A DNA stretch of 64,000 bases from Planctomycetota bacterium (GTDB lineage Bacteria; Planctomycetota; Phycisphaerae; Phycisphaerales; UBA1924): positions 4,971-68,970 of the forward strand of contig JBCDCB010000006.1 of the NCBI GenBank assembly GCA_039182735.1, in the 5' to 3' direction. The stretch's first letter is position 1. Each line of letters opens with the position of its first letter. The notes beneath the pieces were generated by a model. That model ran no database searches. It worked only from the letters and a program-made list of their open reading frames with translations, and had not been told where the DNA came from. This document shows, piece after piece, positions 28,138-37,809 of the stretch. The position numbers and the translations under genes are program-made.

Positions 28138-28605
28138 GTGAGCGACGTTGAAGCCCGTTTGCGGTCACTGAACCTGACACTCCCTGAACCGGTCGCCCCG
28201 CTGGCGAGCTACGTGCCGGCGGTCTCGGTGCACGCCGGCGCCCTGGTCTTGATCAGCGGGCAGATCCCCACGAAAGACGGGGCGATCATGGCGACGGGTC
28301 GCGTGCCGAGCGAGGTCTCCGAGCAGCTCGCCACCGAGTGCGCGCGCCAATGCGTGGTCAACGCGCTGGCGTCGCTCAAAGCCGAGGTCGGCGACCTGCA
28401 GCGCGTCCGGCGCGTTGTGAAACTGGGCATCTTCGTCGCGTGCGATCCCGGGTTCGGGAACCAGCCCGAAGTGGGCAACGGCGCGAGCGACCTGATCGGC
28501 GAGATCTTCGGCGACAACGGCAGGCACGCGCGCGCCGCGGTGGGCGTCCCCGCACTGCCTCGCAACGTGCCCGTCGAGATCGACTTCACGTTCTGCGTGG
28601 ATTGA
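28138..28605 (+). CDS. ridA: RidA/YjgF-family protein (reactive-intermediate deaminase-like)
   Basis: About 155 aa with LISGQIP...GVPALPRNVPVEIDFTF blocks. GTG 28138 is 11 nt after the GGAGGAAGG Shine-Dalgarno. The ORF-track start 28054 is an over-extension. Confidence 0.7.
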   Translation: MSDVEARLRSLNLTLPEPVAPLASYVPAVSVHAGALVLISGQIPTKDGAIMATGRVPSEVSEQLATECARQCVVNALASLKAEVGDLQRVRRVVKLGIFVACDPGFGNQPEVGNGASDLIGEIFGDNGRHARAAVGVPALPRNVPVEIDFTFCVD

Positions 28606-28626
28606 CCCGCGGCCCGATCGGCGCGC

Positions 28627-29274
28627 TCAGTTGCCGAAGGCCTTTTTGTAGTCGGCGACGAACTTCTCGAGCCCGATGTCCGTCAGCGGGTGCTTCATCA
28701 TCTGCTCGATGACCTTCATCGGTGCGGTGGCGACGTCGGCGCCGGCGAGCGCGCACTCGACCATGTGCATCGGGTGGCGGATGCTCGCCGCGAGGACCTT
28801 CGTGTCATATCCGTAGTTGTCGTACACCGCTCGGATCTGGCGGATCAGGTCCATGCCCTCCATCGAGATGTCGTCGAGGCGCCCGATGAACGGGCTCACG
28901 AGGAAGGCGCCGGCCTTCGCGACGAGCATCGCCTGCATCGACTGGAAGCAGAGCGTCAGGTTCGTGCGCACGCCCTCGTCCGAGAAGGCCTTGCACGCCT
29001 TGAGCCCCTCCACGGTGCTCGGCAGTTTGACGACGATGTTGTCGGCGATGGTCGCGCGCTCGCGTCCTTCTTTCATCATGCCGTCGAAGTCGGTCGCGAT
29101 GACCTCCGCGGAGACGGGGCCCTCGACGACCTCGCAGATTTCTGCGAGTCGCTTGGCGTAATCGACGCCTTCCTTGGCGATGAGGGAGGGGTTGGTGGTG
29201 ACGCCGTCGAGCACGCCGAGGTCGGCGGCCTGCTTGATTTCATCGAGGTTCGCGGTGTCGATGTACAGTTCCAT
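28627..29274 (-). CDS. tal: Transaldolase (short fructose-6-phosphate-aldolase-like subfamily)
   Basis: [13 protein letters not shown]...GVTTNPSLI...KLPST active-site lysine block. 215 aa from ATG 29274. Confidence 0.8.
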   Translation of the reverse strand: MELYIDTANLDEIKQAADLGVLDGVTTNPSLIAKEGVDYAKRLAEICEVVEGPVSAEVIATDFDGMMKEGRERATIADNIVVKLPSTVEGLKACKAFSDEGVRTNLTLCFQSMQAMLVAKAGAFLVSPFIGRLDDISMEGMDLIRQIRAVYDNYGYDTKVLAASIRHPMHMVECALAGADVATAPMKVIEQMMKHPLTDIGLEKFVADYKKAFGN

Positions 29275-29361
29275 GCGGGTCGCCTCCGTGCGTTGATGCC
29301 GGTGGCGCACCCACCGGTCAGTGCACGGATCGTACCACGATGGCGTCGGCGTCCGGCGCGG

Positions 29362-30933
29362 CTAGCCGCCCACGACGAGCGTGGTCATCACGACCGCCCA
29401 GACGAGCAGCAGGACGATCATCCCGGCCATGAGCTTGACGACCGGGTGGCTGAAGGGCGAGGGCTCGCGCGAGCGGTCGTCGGCGATCGGCGCGCTCATG
29501 GCGGCTTCGCTGGAGGCGATCGCCTCGAGGTCGAGCGTGGTCGCCTCGCGGTGCGCGATCGGGGGGCGCTCGCCCTTGGCGACGGCGCGCAGGTCGAGCA
29601 GCAGGTCGGCGCAGTTCTTGTACCGCTCGCGCCGGCTCTTGGCCATCATCATCTCGATGACCTCGCTGATGCCCGACGAGAGCTTGGGGTTGACGTGGTC
29701 CGGGGCGACGAGCGCCGACTTGAGGTGCTTCTGCATGACCTCGGTCGGGTTCTTGCCGTTGAAGGGCACGTTGCCGGTGACCATGTGGTAGAGCGTGGCG
29801 CCGAGGGAGTAGATGTCGGCCTGGGCGTTGATGTTGAGTTCGCCGCGGATCTGCTCGGGGCTGATGTAGTACGGCGTGCCGAAGGCTTTGCCCTTCTCGG
29901 CGAGGGCGGCTTCCTTGTCGTCCATGGCGCGCGCGAGCCCGAGGTCGGCCATCTTCACGACACCCTGCGGGGTGATGATGATGTTCTTGGGCTTGACGTC
30001 GCGGTGGACGAGCCCGCGGTCGTGCGCGTGCCGGAGCGCTTCGGCGCTGGCGATGATGATCTCCAGCGCGTCCTTCTCGGAGATGCGTTTGGCGTGCGCG
30101 ATGACGTCGTGGATCGTCTCGCCCTCGACGTACTCCATCACGAAGTAATGGAACTCGCCCGCCTGGCCCACGTCGAAAGCCTGCACGATGTTGGGATGGT
30201 TCAGCTGCGCGGCGGCGCGGCCCTCGGCGTAGAAGCGCTCGATGAAGTTGCGGTTGCTCGAAAACTTGCGCGGCAGCACCTTGATCGCGACGAGCCTGTC
30301 GAGGCTCAGCTGGCGCGCCTTGAAGACCGACGCCATCGCGCCCGCCCCGAGCTTCCCGAGGATCTTGAACCCGGGGATCTTCTGCTCGGTGCGCTCCGCT
30401 TCGGCCTGCCCGCGCAGGCGCTTGAGCTGGCGCTCGGTGACAATCTCGTGATCGACCAGCAACTGCGCGAGCGAGCGATGGTTCGGATCGTCGCTCTCCG
30501 GCGCCTGCTCGGTGCGCTGCTTGATGACCGCATCGACTTCTTGGCTGGTCGCGAGCCCCTGCTCGATGACCATGCGTCCGATGATGGTGTCGATGGACGT
30601 TCCGAGCTCGGCCTGCGTGCCGCCGATGCTGGCACCGCCGGTGTTGGAACCGGAGGATCCGGAGCCGCCGGTCGGCGAGTTCCCGCTGAGGATCGCGAGG
30701 GTGTCGGCGGGCATCGGGATGGATTCTTCTTCGTGCCCGTCATCGGGGAGCGGGATCGGGCCGCTGTCGTCGGATGAGGGCGTGCCGCGCTCGGGAGGGT
30801 CCGCGGGCAGCGGCACCTTGGAGTGCTCATTGACGTCGTGATCGTGCTTCGCGCTACTCGATGACAACGGACCACGCCCCAACGACGGCTGCTTCCCGGG
30901 TGACACTATGGCGACGGGCTTGTGGACTGTCAA
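29362..30933 (-). CDS. Serine/threonine protein kinase, C-terminally membrane-anchored
   Basis: VAIK, HRDVKPKN, MADLGLA, GTPYYISPE kinase subdomains at residues ~190-460. About 190-aa Ser/Gly/Pro-rich N-terminal region. C-terminal TM LMAGMIVLLLVWAVVMTTLVV. Confidence 0.85.
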   Translation of the reverse strand: MTVHKPVAIVSPGKQPSLGRGPLSSSSAKHDHDVNEHSKVPLPADPPERGTPSSDDSGPIPLPDDGHEEESIPMPADTLAILSGNSPTGGSGSSGSNTGGASIGGTQAELGTSIDTIIGRMVIEQGLATSQEVDAVIKQRTEQAPESDDPNHRSLAQLLVDHEIVTERQLKRLRGQAEAERTEQKIPGFKILGKLGAGAMASVFKARQLSLDRLVAIKVLPRKFSSNRNFIERFYAEGRAAAQLNHPNIVQAFDVGQAGEFHYFVMEYVEGETIHDVIAHAKRISEKDALEIIIASAEALRHAHDRGLVHRDVKPKNIIITPQGVVKMADLGLARAMDDKEAALAEKGKAFGTPYYISPEQIRGELNINAQADIYSLGATLYHMVTGNVPFNGKNPTEVMQKHLKSALVAPDHVNPKLSSGISEVIEMMMAKSRRERYKNCADLLLDLRAVAKGERPPIAHREATTLDLEAIASSEAAMSAPIADDRSREPSPFSHPVVKLMAGMIVLLLVWAVVMTTLVVGG

Positions 30934-31135
30934 AGCAGTTCCCCCAGCGGCCCGTGCAACCCCACGTTGCTATCGGGCGGGCTGACGCATCGGTCTCGGG
31001 CGCGTGCGTGGTGTGCGGGGTCACGAGACGGCCCGCAACACATGCGCCGGTCGTGACGTCTCTTCGCACGGCGCACGCATGAGTTCCCGGTCTGTGTGAA
31101 TCACCCATGCGCACGCCGAACACAACCCCGATGCG

Positions 31136-31162
31136 AAAAGGCCCGACCTGTGCGGTCGGGCC
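31136..31162 (-). terminator. Rho-independent terminator after the flotillin gene
   Basis: Perfect 9-bp stem GGCCCGACC/GGTCGGGCC (31140-31148 / 31154-31162) with a 5-nt loop. On the minus-strand transcript it is followed by UUUU (complement of A31136-31139), 30 nt after the stop. Confidence 0.55.
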
Positions 31163-31195
31163 TTCGAAGAACGGATCATCGCTGTTTCCGGCAGA

Positions 31196-32806
31196 TCAGC
31201 CGCCCGGCTTGGAACGCTCGTCGCGCGTCACCATCGTGTCGAGCATCGTCCCGATGAGCGCGGTGGTGTTGGCGTCCTGCCCGTTCCCATTCCCGTTGCC
31301 GCCGTCACCAACGACCATGACGCGGGGCGTGATGTTGATCCCCTTGTCGCCGATGGTCTGGAGCAGTTCCATGAGCGCCGCGTTGCCCGAGCCGATCTGC
31401 TCGGCGATGACGCGGAACGCCTCCGCCTGCGCCTGGGCCCGGATGGCGATCGCCTCGGCCTCGGCTTCGGCCGCGAGGATCTGACGCTGCTTCTGCTGCT
31501 CGGCGATGCTCACCTCGTAGGTCGCCGTCGCGAGACGACGCTCTTCCGTCGCTTCCTGCTGGATGCGCTCGAGTTCCTTCTGCTGCTCGGCGGCACGCTG
31601 CTCGAGCTGGAGCGTCTGCTCCTGCTCTTCCGCGAGCTTGCGGCGTCGCTGCGTGTCGAGCAGTTCGCCGAGGGTTTCCTCGCTGCCGACTTCACCGATG
31701 TCCACCGACTCGATCGTGATGCCGTAGGGCTTCATCGCGGTGCGCAGCGTGGCGGCGGCGTTGCGCGCCTGCACCGAGCGCTGGTTGACGTAGTCGAGCG
31801 CCGACACGCTCTCGGCGTTGTCGCGGAAGATCGAACGCACGCGCGAGGTGAGCAGCTGCTGGAGCTTCTGGTTGTCGCCGCCGAGCAGCGCGACGACGCG
31901 GGCCGCGTCTTCCGGCTGGATGTAGTAGACGACCCGCACATCGACGGGGAAGTTGAAGCCGTCCTTGGACTTCACCGTGATCGCGCCGAGCGTCTCGGCA
32001 CCGGCTCGCTCCGAAGCGGTGTAGTTTGCGACGCGGCGCTCTGTCGAGACGACGTTCACTTCGAAGGCCTTCGGGTTCAGCGGGTGCTTGCCGGGCTGGA
32101 GCGGCTCGGCACGTACGCCCTTCTCGCCCCGATCGGCGAGCAGGAAGAGCGTCGGGTTGCCCGCCTCGTCCACGCCTTCCATGCGGATGCTCGGGTCTTC
32201 ACCCACGTTGGACTTGAGCACGGCGACCGTGCCCGCCGCGACCTGCGTCTGCGGCACGGTGACCACGCTGAACAGCTCGGTGTTGATGCGATACTGACCG
32301 GGCGTGAGCACGGTGGTCTGCGGGCCTTTCTGCCCGTTCCCGTCGCCCAGGAAGTAGAGCGGATCGTCGATCATCTTCTTGAACTCTTCGAACTCGAGTT
32401 CGTCGGCGAAGACCTGGCCGCGGCTGAGAGGCTCGCCGTCCACCGCTTCGATCAGACCGACCTCGTCGTTCTTCACCTCGGTCAGTTCAACAGTGCTGAG
32501 ATCGAAGACGACAGGCCAATACCAGAAGTGCCAGCCCGGCTGCAGCACCTTGCCCTGTGTCCCGATCTGGCCCTCGACCGCGATGACCTGTCCGGGCTGC
32601 ATGCGTTCGCCCAGCACGTTCTTCGTCACGATGCCGACGCGGTCCGCGGGCACGAAGCGCACGGAGCTGAACGCGAGCCCGACAAAGAGGACGGCGATGG
32701 CGACCATGGCCATCGCGCTGCGGAGCGAGTTATTCGAGACCTTGGGGATCGCCGCGAGGATGAACCCCGCGAAGATGAACCCGAGGAAAATGCTAGTCCA
32801 GCCCAT
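31196..32806 (-). CDS. SPFH/band-7 (flotillin-like) protein
   Basis: N-terminal TM anchor, SPFH domain, long heptad/coiled-coil EA-repeat region (AEAEAEAIAIRAQAQAEA) as in flotillin/YqiK. Confidence 0.75.
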   Translation of the reverse strand: MGWTSIFLGFIFAGFILAAIPKVSNNSLRSAMAMVAIAVLFVGLAFSSVRFVPADRVGIVTKNVLGERMQPGQVIAVEGQIGTQGKVLQPGWHFWYWPVVFDLSTVELTEVKNDEVGLIEAVDGEPLSRGQVFADELEFEEFKKMIDDPLYFLGDGNGQKGPQTTVLTPGQYRINTELFSVVTVPQTQVAAGTVAVLKSNVGEDPSIRMEGVDEAGNPTLFLLADRGEKGVRAEPLQPGKHPLNPKAFEVNVVSTERRVANYTASERAGAETLGAITVKSKDGFNFPVDVRVVYYIQPEDAARVVALLGGDNQKLQQLLTSRVRSIFRDNAESVSALDYVNQRSVQARNAAATLRTAMKPYGITIESVDIGEVGSEETLGELLDTQRRRKLAEEQEQTLQLEQRAAEQQKELERIQQEATEERRLATATYEVSIAEQQKQRQILAAEAEAEAIAIRAQAQAEAFRVIAEQIGSGNAALMELLQTIGDKGINITPRVMVVGDGGNGNGNGQDANTTALIGTMLDTMVTRDERSKPGG

Positions 32807-32919
32807 GCGGTCCTCCTTCGTTCCCGGTTGCGACGCACACGCGCCGCGATGTGAGCAGGCTCATTATCGCCCAGAACGGGCCGCGGGACACGTCCGCCCC
32901 GGCCCCGCGTGGGACCGCT

Positions 32920-32965
32920 CACCATGAAAGAACACGGGCCGGTTCCCCAAGGGAGAGCCGGCCCG
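32920..32965 (-). terminator. Candidate terminator hairpin after gap
   Basis: 8-bp stem CGGGCCGG/CCGGCCCG (32935-32942 / 32958-32965) with a 15-nt loop, 30 nt after the gap stop. The flanking T-run is weak. Confidence 0.3.
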
Positions 32966-32996
32966 GTCGGTCGTGCCTGGTGTTCAGCGTCGGCGC

Positions 32997-34007
32997 TCAG
33001 TCCTTGCTCGCCATGTAGCGGATCATGTCGATGCAGCGGTTGGCGTAGCCCCATTCGTTGTCGTACCACGAGACGATCTTGAAGAAGTGTTCGTTGAGTT
33101 CGATGCCGGCGGCGGAGTCGAAGATCGACGACGCGGGGTGCGTCACGAAGTCGCTCGAAACCACCTGCTCGTCGGTGTACTCGAGCGCGCCCTTCATCGC
33201 GCCCTCGGCGTTCTTTTTCATCGCGGCGTTGATCGCGTCGAGCGTCGTCGCCTTCTCGGTTTTGAACGTGAGATCCACGCAGGAGACGTCCGCGGTGGGC
33301 ACGCGGAAGGCCATGCCGGTGATCTTGCCCTTGAGCTCCGGCAGGCAGAGCCCGACGGCCTTCGCCGCGCCGGTGCTGGCGGGGATGATGTTCATGTAGG
33401 CGTTGCGCCCGCCGCGCCAGTCCTTTTTGGAAGGCCCGTCCTGCGTGGGCTGGGTCGCGGTCGCCGCGTGGATGGTGGACATGAGGCCCTCGGCGAGCCC
33501 GAACTCGTCGTTGATGACCTTGGCGACCGGCGCGAGGCAGTTGGTCGTGCACGAGGCGTTCGAGACGATCGTGTGCTCGCTGGGGTTGTAGTTCTCGTGA
33601 TTCACCTTGTAGCAGAGCGTGGGCACCTGGTCGGGCGTTTTGGTGGGAGCGGAGATGAGCACGCGCTTGGCGCCGCCGGCGATGTGCTTGCTGGCATCTT
33701 CGTGCGTGGTGAAGAGCCCGGTGGATTCGATGACGTAGTCAACGCCCAGGTCGCCCCACGGGAGGGCCGCGGGGTCGCGTTCAGCGAAGGTCTTGGTGGT
33801 GGTGCCGTCAACGGTGAAGGAGTTCTCCGTGGCGGAGATGTCGGTGCCGAAGCGACCGTGCATGGTGTCGTACTTGAGGAGGTAGGCGAGGTTGTCTGCG
33901 GGGACGAGGTCATTGAGGGCGACGATTTCGACGTCGGTCCCGAAGGCGGCGCGGTAGACGAGGCGCCCGATGCGCCCGAACCCGTTGATGCCGATGCGGA
34001 TGGCCAT
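32997..34007 (-). CDS. gap: Glyceraldehyde-3-phosphate dehydrogenase
   Basis: [12 protein letters not shown]-binding motif, catalytic [26 protein letters not shown] Shine-Dalgarno before ATG 34005-34007. Confidence 0.9.
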   Translation of the reverse strand: MAIRIGINGFGRIGRLVYRAAFGTDVEIVALNDLVPADNLAYLLKYDTMHGRFGTDISATENSFTVDGTTTKTFAERDPAALPWGDLGVDYVIESTGLFTTHEDASKHIAGGAKRVLISAPTKTPDQVPTLCYKVNHENYNPSEHTIVSNASCTTNCLAPVAKVINDEFGLAEGLMSTIHAATATQPTQDGPSKKDWRGGRNAYMNIIPASTGAAKAVGLCLPELKGKITGMAFRVPTADVSCVDLTFKTEKATTLDAINAAMKKNAEGAMKGALEYTDEQVVSSDFVTHPASSIFDSAAGIELNEHFFKIVSWYDNEWGYANRCIDMIRYMASKD

Positions 34008-34166
34008 CTCGATCTCCTTGGGTGCTGCATCCGTCGGGCGACGGGTCCACTCCGTCGATGTCCAACCGCGCCCGGGCCCCACGCTAGAGAGGGGCCTCGC
34101 GAGGGTCAAACGTTTCACTTGCCTACATGTGCAGAGAGGATCGATTCGGTCGGAGTCCCGACCGGC

Positions 34167-35375
34167 TCACCCGCGCAGGAGCACGTCCAGCGCGTCGAGC
34201 CCGCGCTCCAGGTTCCGCTCGCTCGTCGCGAACGAGAGCCTGAAGTGGGTGTCCCGATCCGAGAAGACGTGCCCGGGGATCAGCAGGACGTTCTCTTCGA
34301 CAGCGCGCTCGAAGAAGCGCTCGCCGGCCTGCTCACCGAAACCCAGACGCTCCGGCACCTCGACGAAGCAGTAGAAGGCCCCGCCGGGCTCGGTGACGCG
34401 CGTATGAGCCGACAGGCGCGACACGACCATGTCGCGGCGCACGCGATACGACTCGACGAGGTGGTCGATGTCGGTCTCGAACGCTGCGATGCACCCGTGC
34501 TGCGCGATCGACGGCGCGCACACGTACGTGAACTGCTGGAAACGCGTCATCGCGTTGATGATGTGGGCCGGGCCCGCGGCATACCCCATGCGCCAGCCCG
34601 TGCAGCCGTAGCTCTTGCCGAACCCGCGGATGAGCAGCACGTCTTCGTGCGAGCCGGCCTCGCGCGCAGGGCTCGGGCACTTGCGTCCGCCGGGCGTCTC
34701 TTCGCGGTGATCGTCGAAGGTGAACTCGTCGTAGATCTCGTCGCTGACGAGCAGCACGCCCTTTGCACGACAGAGCTCGAGCACCTCTCGGCATTCGTCG
34801 CCGCTCATCACCGCGCCGCCAGGGTTGCCGGGTGAGTTCAGGAGCACCGCCTTCGTGCGCTCGGAGATGAGCGGTTCGAGGCGCTCGGCGGTCATGCGGA
34901 AGTCGGGGTAGGTATCGCAGCGGACGGCGACCCCGCCGCAGAGTTCCGCCATGGTCGGGTACGCGACGAAGTAGGGGTCGGGGATGATGATCTCATCGCC
35001 GGGCGAGAGCAGGGCCTGCATCATGAGCGAGAGCGCGCCACTGGTGCCGCTGGTGACCATGACGCCGACGCCCGACTCTGGCTCCCCGCTGTTGGCGGGC
35101 CAGCCGACGTCCTCGGCGAGGTGCTCGACGATGCGTCGGCGGAGCTGCGGGATGCCCTGCGAGAGGGTGTAGCCGTTGTGATCCTGCTCGATCGCGTCGA
35201 TCGCGGCGCGCTTGATCGGGTCGGGCACTGGGAAGTCCGGCTGCCCGATGGAGAGGTTGATCGGCTCTTTGAGCGTGGCGCCGAGTTCGAAGACTCGACG
35301 GATGCCGCTCACACCCAGCCCGCGGGCGCGCTCCGACAGCCAGCGCTGCGAGGACGTGGCGTCGGCGTGGGTCAC
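34167..35375 (-). CDS. PLP-dependent aminotransferase, class I/II
   Basis: Fold-type I aminotransferase blocks (NLSIGQPDF, LNSPGNPGG, catalytic lysine in RGFGKSYGCTGWRMGY). GTG start at 35375. Confidence 0.75.
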   Translation of the reverse strand: MTHADATSSQRWLSERARGLGVSGIRRVFELGATLKEPINLSIGQPDFPVPDPIKRAAIDAIEQDHNGYTLSQGIPQLRRRIVEHLAEDVGWPANSGEPESGVGVMVTSGTSGALSLMMQALLSPGDEIIIPDPYFVAYPTMAELCGGVAVRCDTYPDFRMTAERLEPLISERTKAVLLNSPGNPGGAVMSGDECREVLELCRAKGVLLVSDEIYDEFTFDDHREETPGGRKCPSPAREAGSHEDVLLIRGFGKSYGCTGWRMGYAAGPAHIINAMTRFQQFTYVCAPSIAQHGCIAAFETDIDHLVESYRVRRDMVVSRLSAHTRVTEPGGAFYCFVEVPERLGFGEQAGERFFERAVEENVLLIPGHVFSDRDTHFRLSFATSERNLERGLDALDVLLRG

Positions 35376-35539
35376 TTGCCGATTCTGCGGTTGCCGGTCT
35401 TCTGCAGACCGAGCACGGGAGACTGCTCGGGGTCGAACCCCTTGGTCTCCTTCATCTTCTCGATGCGCTCGTGGCGCTTGAGCACGTTGCGGTGCTTGGT
35501 CAGGTTGCCCTGCGTCTTGAGGCTGGAATCGAGGCTCAT
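35372..35539 (-). CDS. Small basic ORF (55 aa) translationally coupled to the aminotransferase
   Basis: MSLDSSLKTQGNLTKHRNVLKRHERIEKMKETKGFDPEQSPVLGLQKTGNRRIGK. Its TGA overlaps the aminotransferase GTG (GTGA). AGGA lies 8 nt upstream of its ATG. Below the ORF-track size cut-off. Confidence 0.3.
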   Translation of the reverse strand: MSLDSSLKTQGNLTKHRNVLKRHERIEKMKETKGFDPEQSPVLGLQKTGNRRIGK

Positions 35540-35637
35540 GATCTTGGTCCTGCGTTCTGGCGGTTCGGTCCTCGGGCGGGCCCTGCCCGTAGGGCCGGAA
35601 GTGTAGCCCCGTCAGCCCCGGTGTCGAGCCGGGAGGC

Positions 35638-36393
35638 TCAACCGGCTCCCGGGGCGACGTGCTTGCGGAGGTAGAGGTCGGCGAAGTCGGTCGGGCCGTT
35701 GGCCTCGCGCTTGTAGTCCCGCCCGATCCGCTTGACCCGTTGCTCGAGTTCGCGGCGCTGCTCGGAGCCGAGTTCGCCGCGTGCCAACCCTTGCAGGACG
35801 ACGACGTCGCACGATCCGCCGCGCTCGCGGGGGAGACGGGCGGTCGGGACGCCGCGGGCCGCGAGGTATGTCGCCGCCCGATCGGCCTCGGACCTCGGCA
35901 GGTGCGCGACGTGGAAGTAGTTCAGGTCGGGCTCACGCGGGTCGTCGTCCCACGAATCGATGATGAGCGGTCGTTCGACGGGGGGCGTGACGCCGCCGGT
36001 GCGCGGGCCGCCGGTCGAAACACCCGCGGTGCGATCGATGGAGGGCGAGACCTGATTCGTCGCTTGGCGCTCCGGCTGCTGCGTGAGCGGATCGATGATC
36101 AAGTTCTCGATCCCCTGCTGCGCCGCGCGCTCTTTGATGAGCTCGAGCTCGGCGCGGGCGCGGCTCTCGCCCAGGATGTACCCGCCGATTCCCACGATCA
36201 CGACGATCGCCGCCGCGACGAAGAAGTACCCCACCGGGACGCGCACGATGCGACCCGGGCTGAGCAGCGACTCGTCCTCCTCGGGCTCCTCGATGCGATC
36301 GACGTAGCGAGAACCCGGCGCGGCGAACGGCCCCGTGCGCGGGCGATCACGCACCAGCTCGTACAACGCCGGGACTCTGCCCCGTTTGGACAT
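35638..36393 (-). CDS. Membrane-anchored hypothetical protein, possible SPOR-like C-terminal domain
   Basis: Single TM (VGYFFVAAAIVVIVGIGGYIL). C-terminal about 80 aa with an alternating pattern reminiscent of SPOR. Weak. Confidence 0.35.
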   Translation of the reverse strand: MSKRGRVPALYELVRDRPRTGPFAAPGSRYVDRIEEPEEDESLLSPGRIVRVPVGYFFVAAAIVVIVGIGGYILGESRARAELELIKERAAQQGIENLIIDPLTQQPERQATNQVSPSIDRTAGVSTGGPRTGGVTPPVERPLIIDSWDDDPREPDLNYFHVAHLPRSEADRAATYLAARGVPTARLPRERGGSCDVVVLQGLARGELGSEQRRELEQRVKRIGRDYKREANGPTDFADLYLRKHVAPGAG

Positions 36394-36408
36394 AGATCAA
36401 GTATCAGG

Positions 36409-36819
36409 TCAGTCGCGGGGTGGATCAACCCCGAGCGCGATCGCTGAGGCCATGGCCATCGTTTCGGTGTGGCTCAGCGAGAGGAGCCACCCGCCGATGG
36501 CGAGGCGGTTGGCGTGCTCCCCCGCGCCGCCGGAAACGGAGACGCCGGGCCTCCCGCTCGCGTCGCGCGTGACGACGATGTCGCGCCAGCCGACGCCCTG
36601 ACCCCACCCGGTGCCGAGGCACTTCATCACGGCCTCTTTCGCGGCGAATCGAACCGCGAGGTGCTCGACGCGTCGCGCCGGGTTGGCGTCGGCATAGGCC
36701 ACCTCGCCAGGATCGAAGCATCGCTCGAGGAAGCGTTCGCCCTGCGATTCGAGGAGTTCCGCGACGCGCGCGACCTCGATGAGGTCCACGCCGTGAGCGA
36801 CCACGCGCTTGCCGATCAT
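36409..36819 (-). CDS. acpS: Holo-[acyl-carrier-protein] synthase
   Basis: MIGKRVVAHGVDLIEV...FAAKEAVMKCLGTG matches AcpS. ATG 36819 overlaps the fmdB stop (ATGA). The ORF-track N-terminus is an over-extension. Confidence 0.75.
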   Translation of the reverse strand: MIGKRVVAHGVDLIEVARVAELLESQGERFLERCFDPGEVAYADANPARRVEHLAVRFAAKEAVMKCLGTGWGQGVGWRDIVVTRDASGRPGVSVSGGAGEHANRLAIGGWLLSLSHTETMAMASAIALGVDPPRD

Positions 36820-37163
36820 GCGCTCTTCTTCTCGTTGCCGCCGGCCTTCTTGGGCTTGGTCTCGGCGGAGGGCTTCGATTCGGTCTTCTTCGCGTCTCTC
36901 TTGCTCGAATCGCTCTTTTTGTCGCCGCCGGTATCGCTCGCGGGCTTCTTGTCCGCCTCGGCGGCTTTCTTGTACGAGTCGCTTCGGTAGTCGGTCTCGT
37001 AGAACCCGCCGCCCTTGAAGATCACGCCCGCGCCCGTCCCGATGAGGCGCTCGAGCTTCAGCTTGCCGCACGCCGGACACTTCTTGAGCGGCTTGGCGCT
37101 CATCGACTGGAACTCTTCGAACTCGTGGTCGCACGCCCGGCAGACATAGTCGTACGTCGGCAT
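36816..37163 (-). CDS. FmdB-family zinc-ribbon protein with Lys-rich C-terminal tail
   Basis: MPTYDYVCRACDHEFEEF...CPACG CxxC-N-CxxC ribbon. C-terminal about 50 aa are K/A/D/S-rich (KKPASDTGGDKKSDSSKRDAKKTESK...). Confidence 0.65.
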   Translation of the reverse strand: MPTYDYVCRACDHEFEEFQSMSAKPLKKCPACGKLKLERLIGTGAGVIFKGGGFYETDYRSDSYKKAAEADKKPASDTGGDKKSDSSKRDAKKTESKPSAETKPKKAGGNEKKSA

Positions 37164-37164
37164 G

Positions 37165-37809
37165 TCAGGCCTCTCCCGGGGATTGCTCATCGGGCTGCGC
37201 ACCCTCGGGCGTGGTGGCGACGCTGACCTTGGCCGGTCGCACAACCCGGTCGTGCAGCGTGTACCCCGCCTGCAGCGTGGCGACGACCGCGCCCTCTTCG
37301 ACCTCGCCCGTCGGCTGACGCATGATCGCCTCGTGCCGCGACGGATCGAAGGCCTCGCCCGGCGCCGGCTCGATCACACCCGCGCCGTGCGCCGCGAGCG
37401 ACTTGAGCAGCCCGTCCTTGATGACCTTCACGCCGCTCGCGAGCTGCTCGGCGGACATGTTGGACAGGTCCTGCTGCAAAGCAAGATCGAAGTGGTCCAT
37501 CGCGCCGAGGATCGACTTCACCGCGTCGCTGACCCCCTGCTTGCGCGCCTCGATCTCGTTCTGCGCCGCACGACGCTGGAAGTTCTGGAAGTCGGCGGCC
37601 GTGCGCAGCATCTGGTCGGCCTTCTCGTCGCGTTGGCGCACGGCGTACGCGAGCGCTTCGACGAGTTCATCGGCGCCGGCGGGCGCTTCGAGTTCCCCGC
37701 TCGCGGCCATCTCGATCATCGTACTGAGTCGCGCCTCGCGCTCCTCCGCCGACTCCTGCTCGTCGTCGATCATTGTCTGATCCTGGGTGGTGTCGCGCTC
37801 GTCACTCAT
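37165..37809 (-). CDS. grpE: Nucleotide exchange factor GrpE
   Basis: GrpE coiled-coil and beta-domain blocks ([26 protein letters not shown]). Start overlaps the dnaJ stop by 4 nt. Confidence 0.85.
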   Translation of the reverse strand: MSDERDTTQDQTMIDDEQESAEEREARLSTMIEMAASGELEAPAGADELVEALAYAVRQRDEKADQMLRTAADFQNFQRRAAQNEIEARKQGVSDAVKSILGAMDHFDLALQQDLSNMSAEQLASGVKVIKDGLLKSLAAHGAGVIEPAPGEAFDPSRHEAIMRQPTGEVEEGAVVATLQAGYTLHDRVVRPAKVSVATTPEGAQPDEQSPGEA

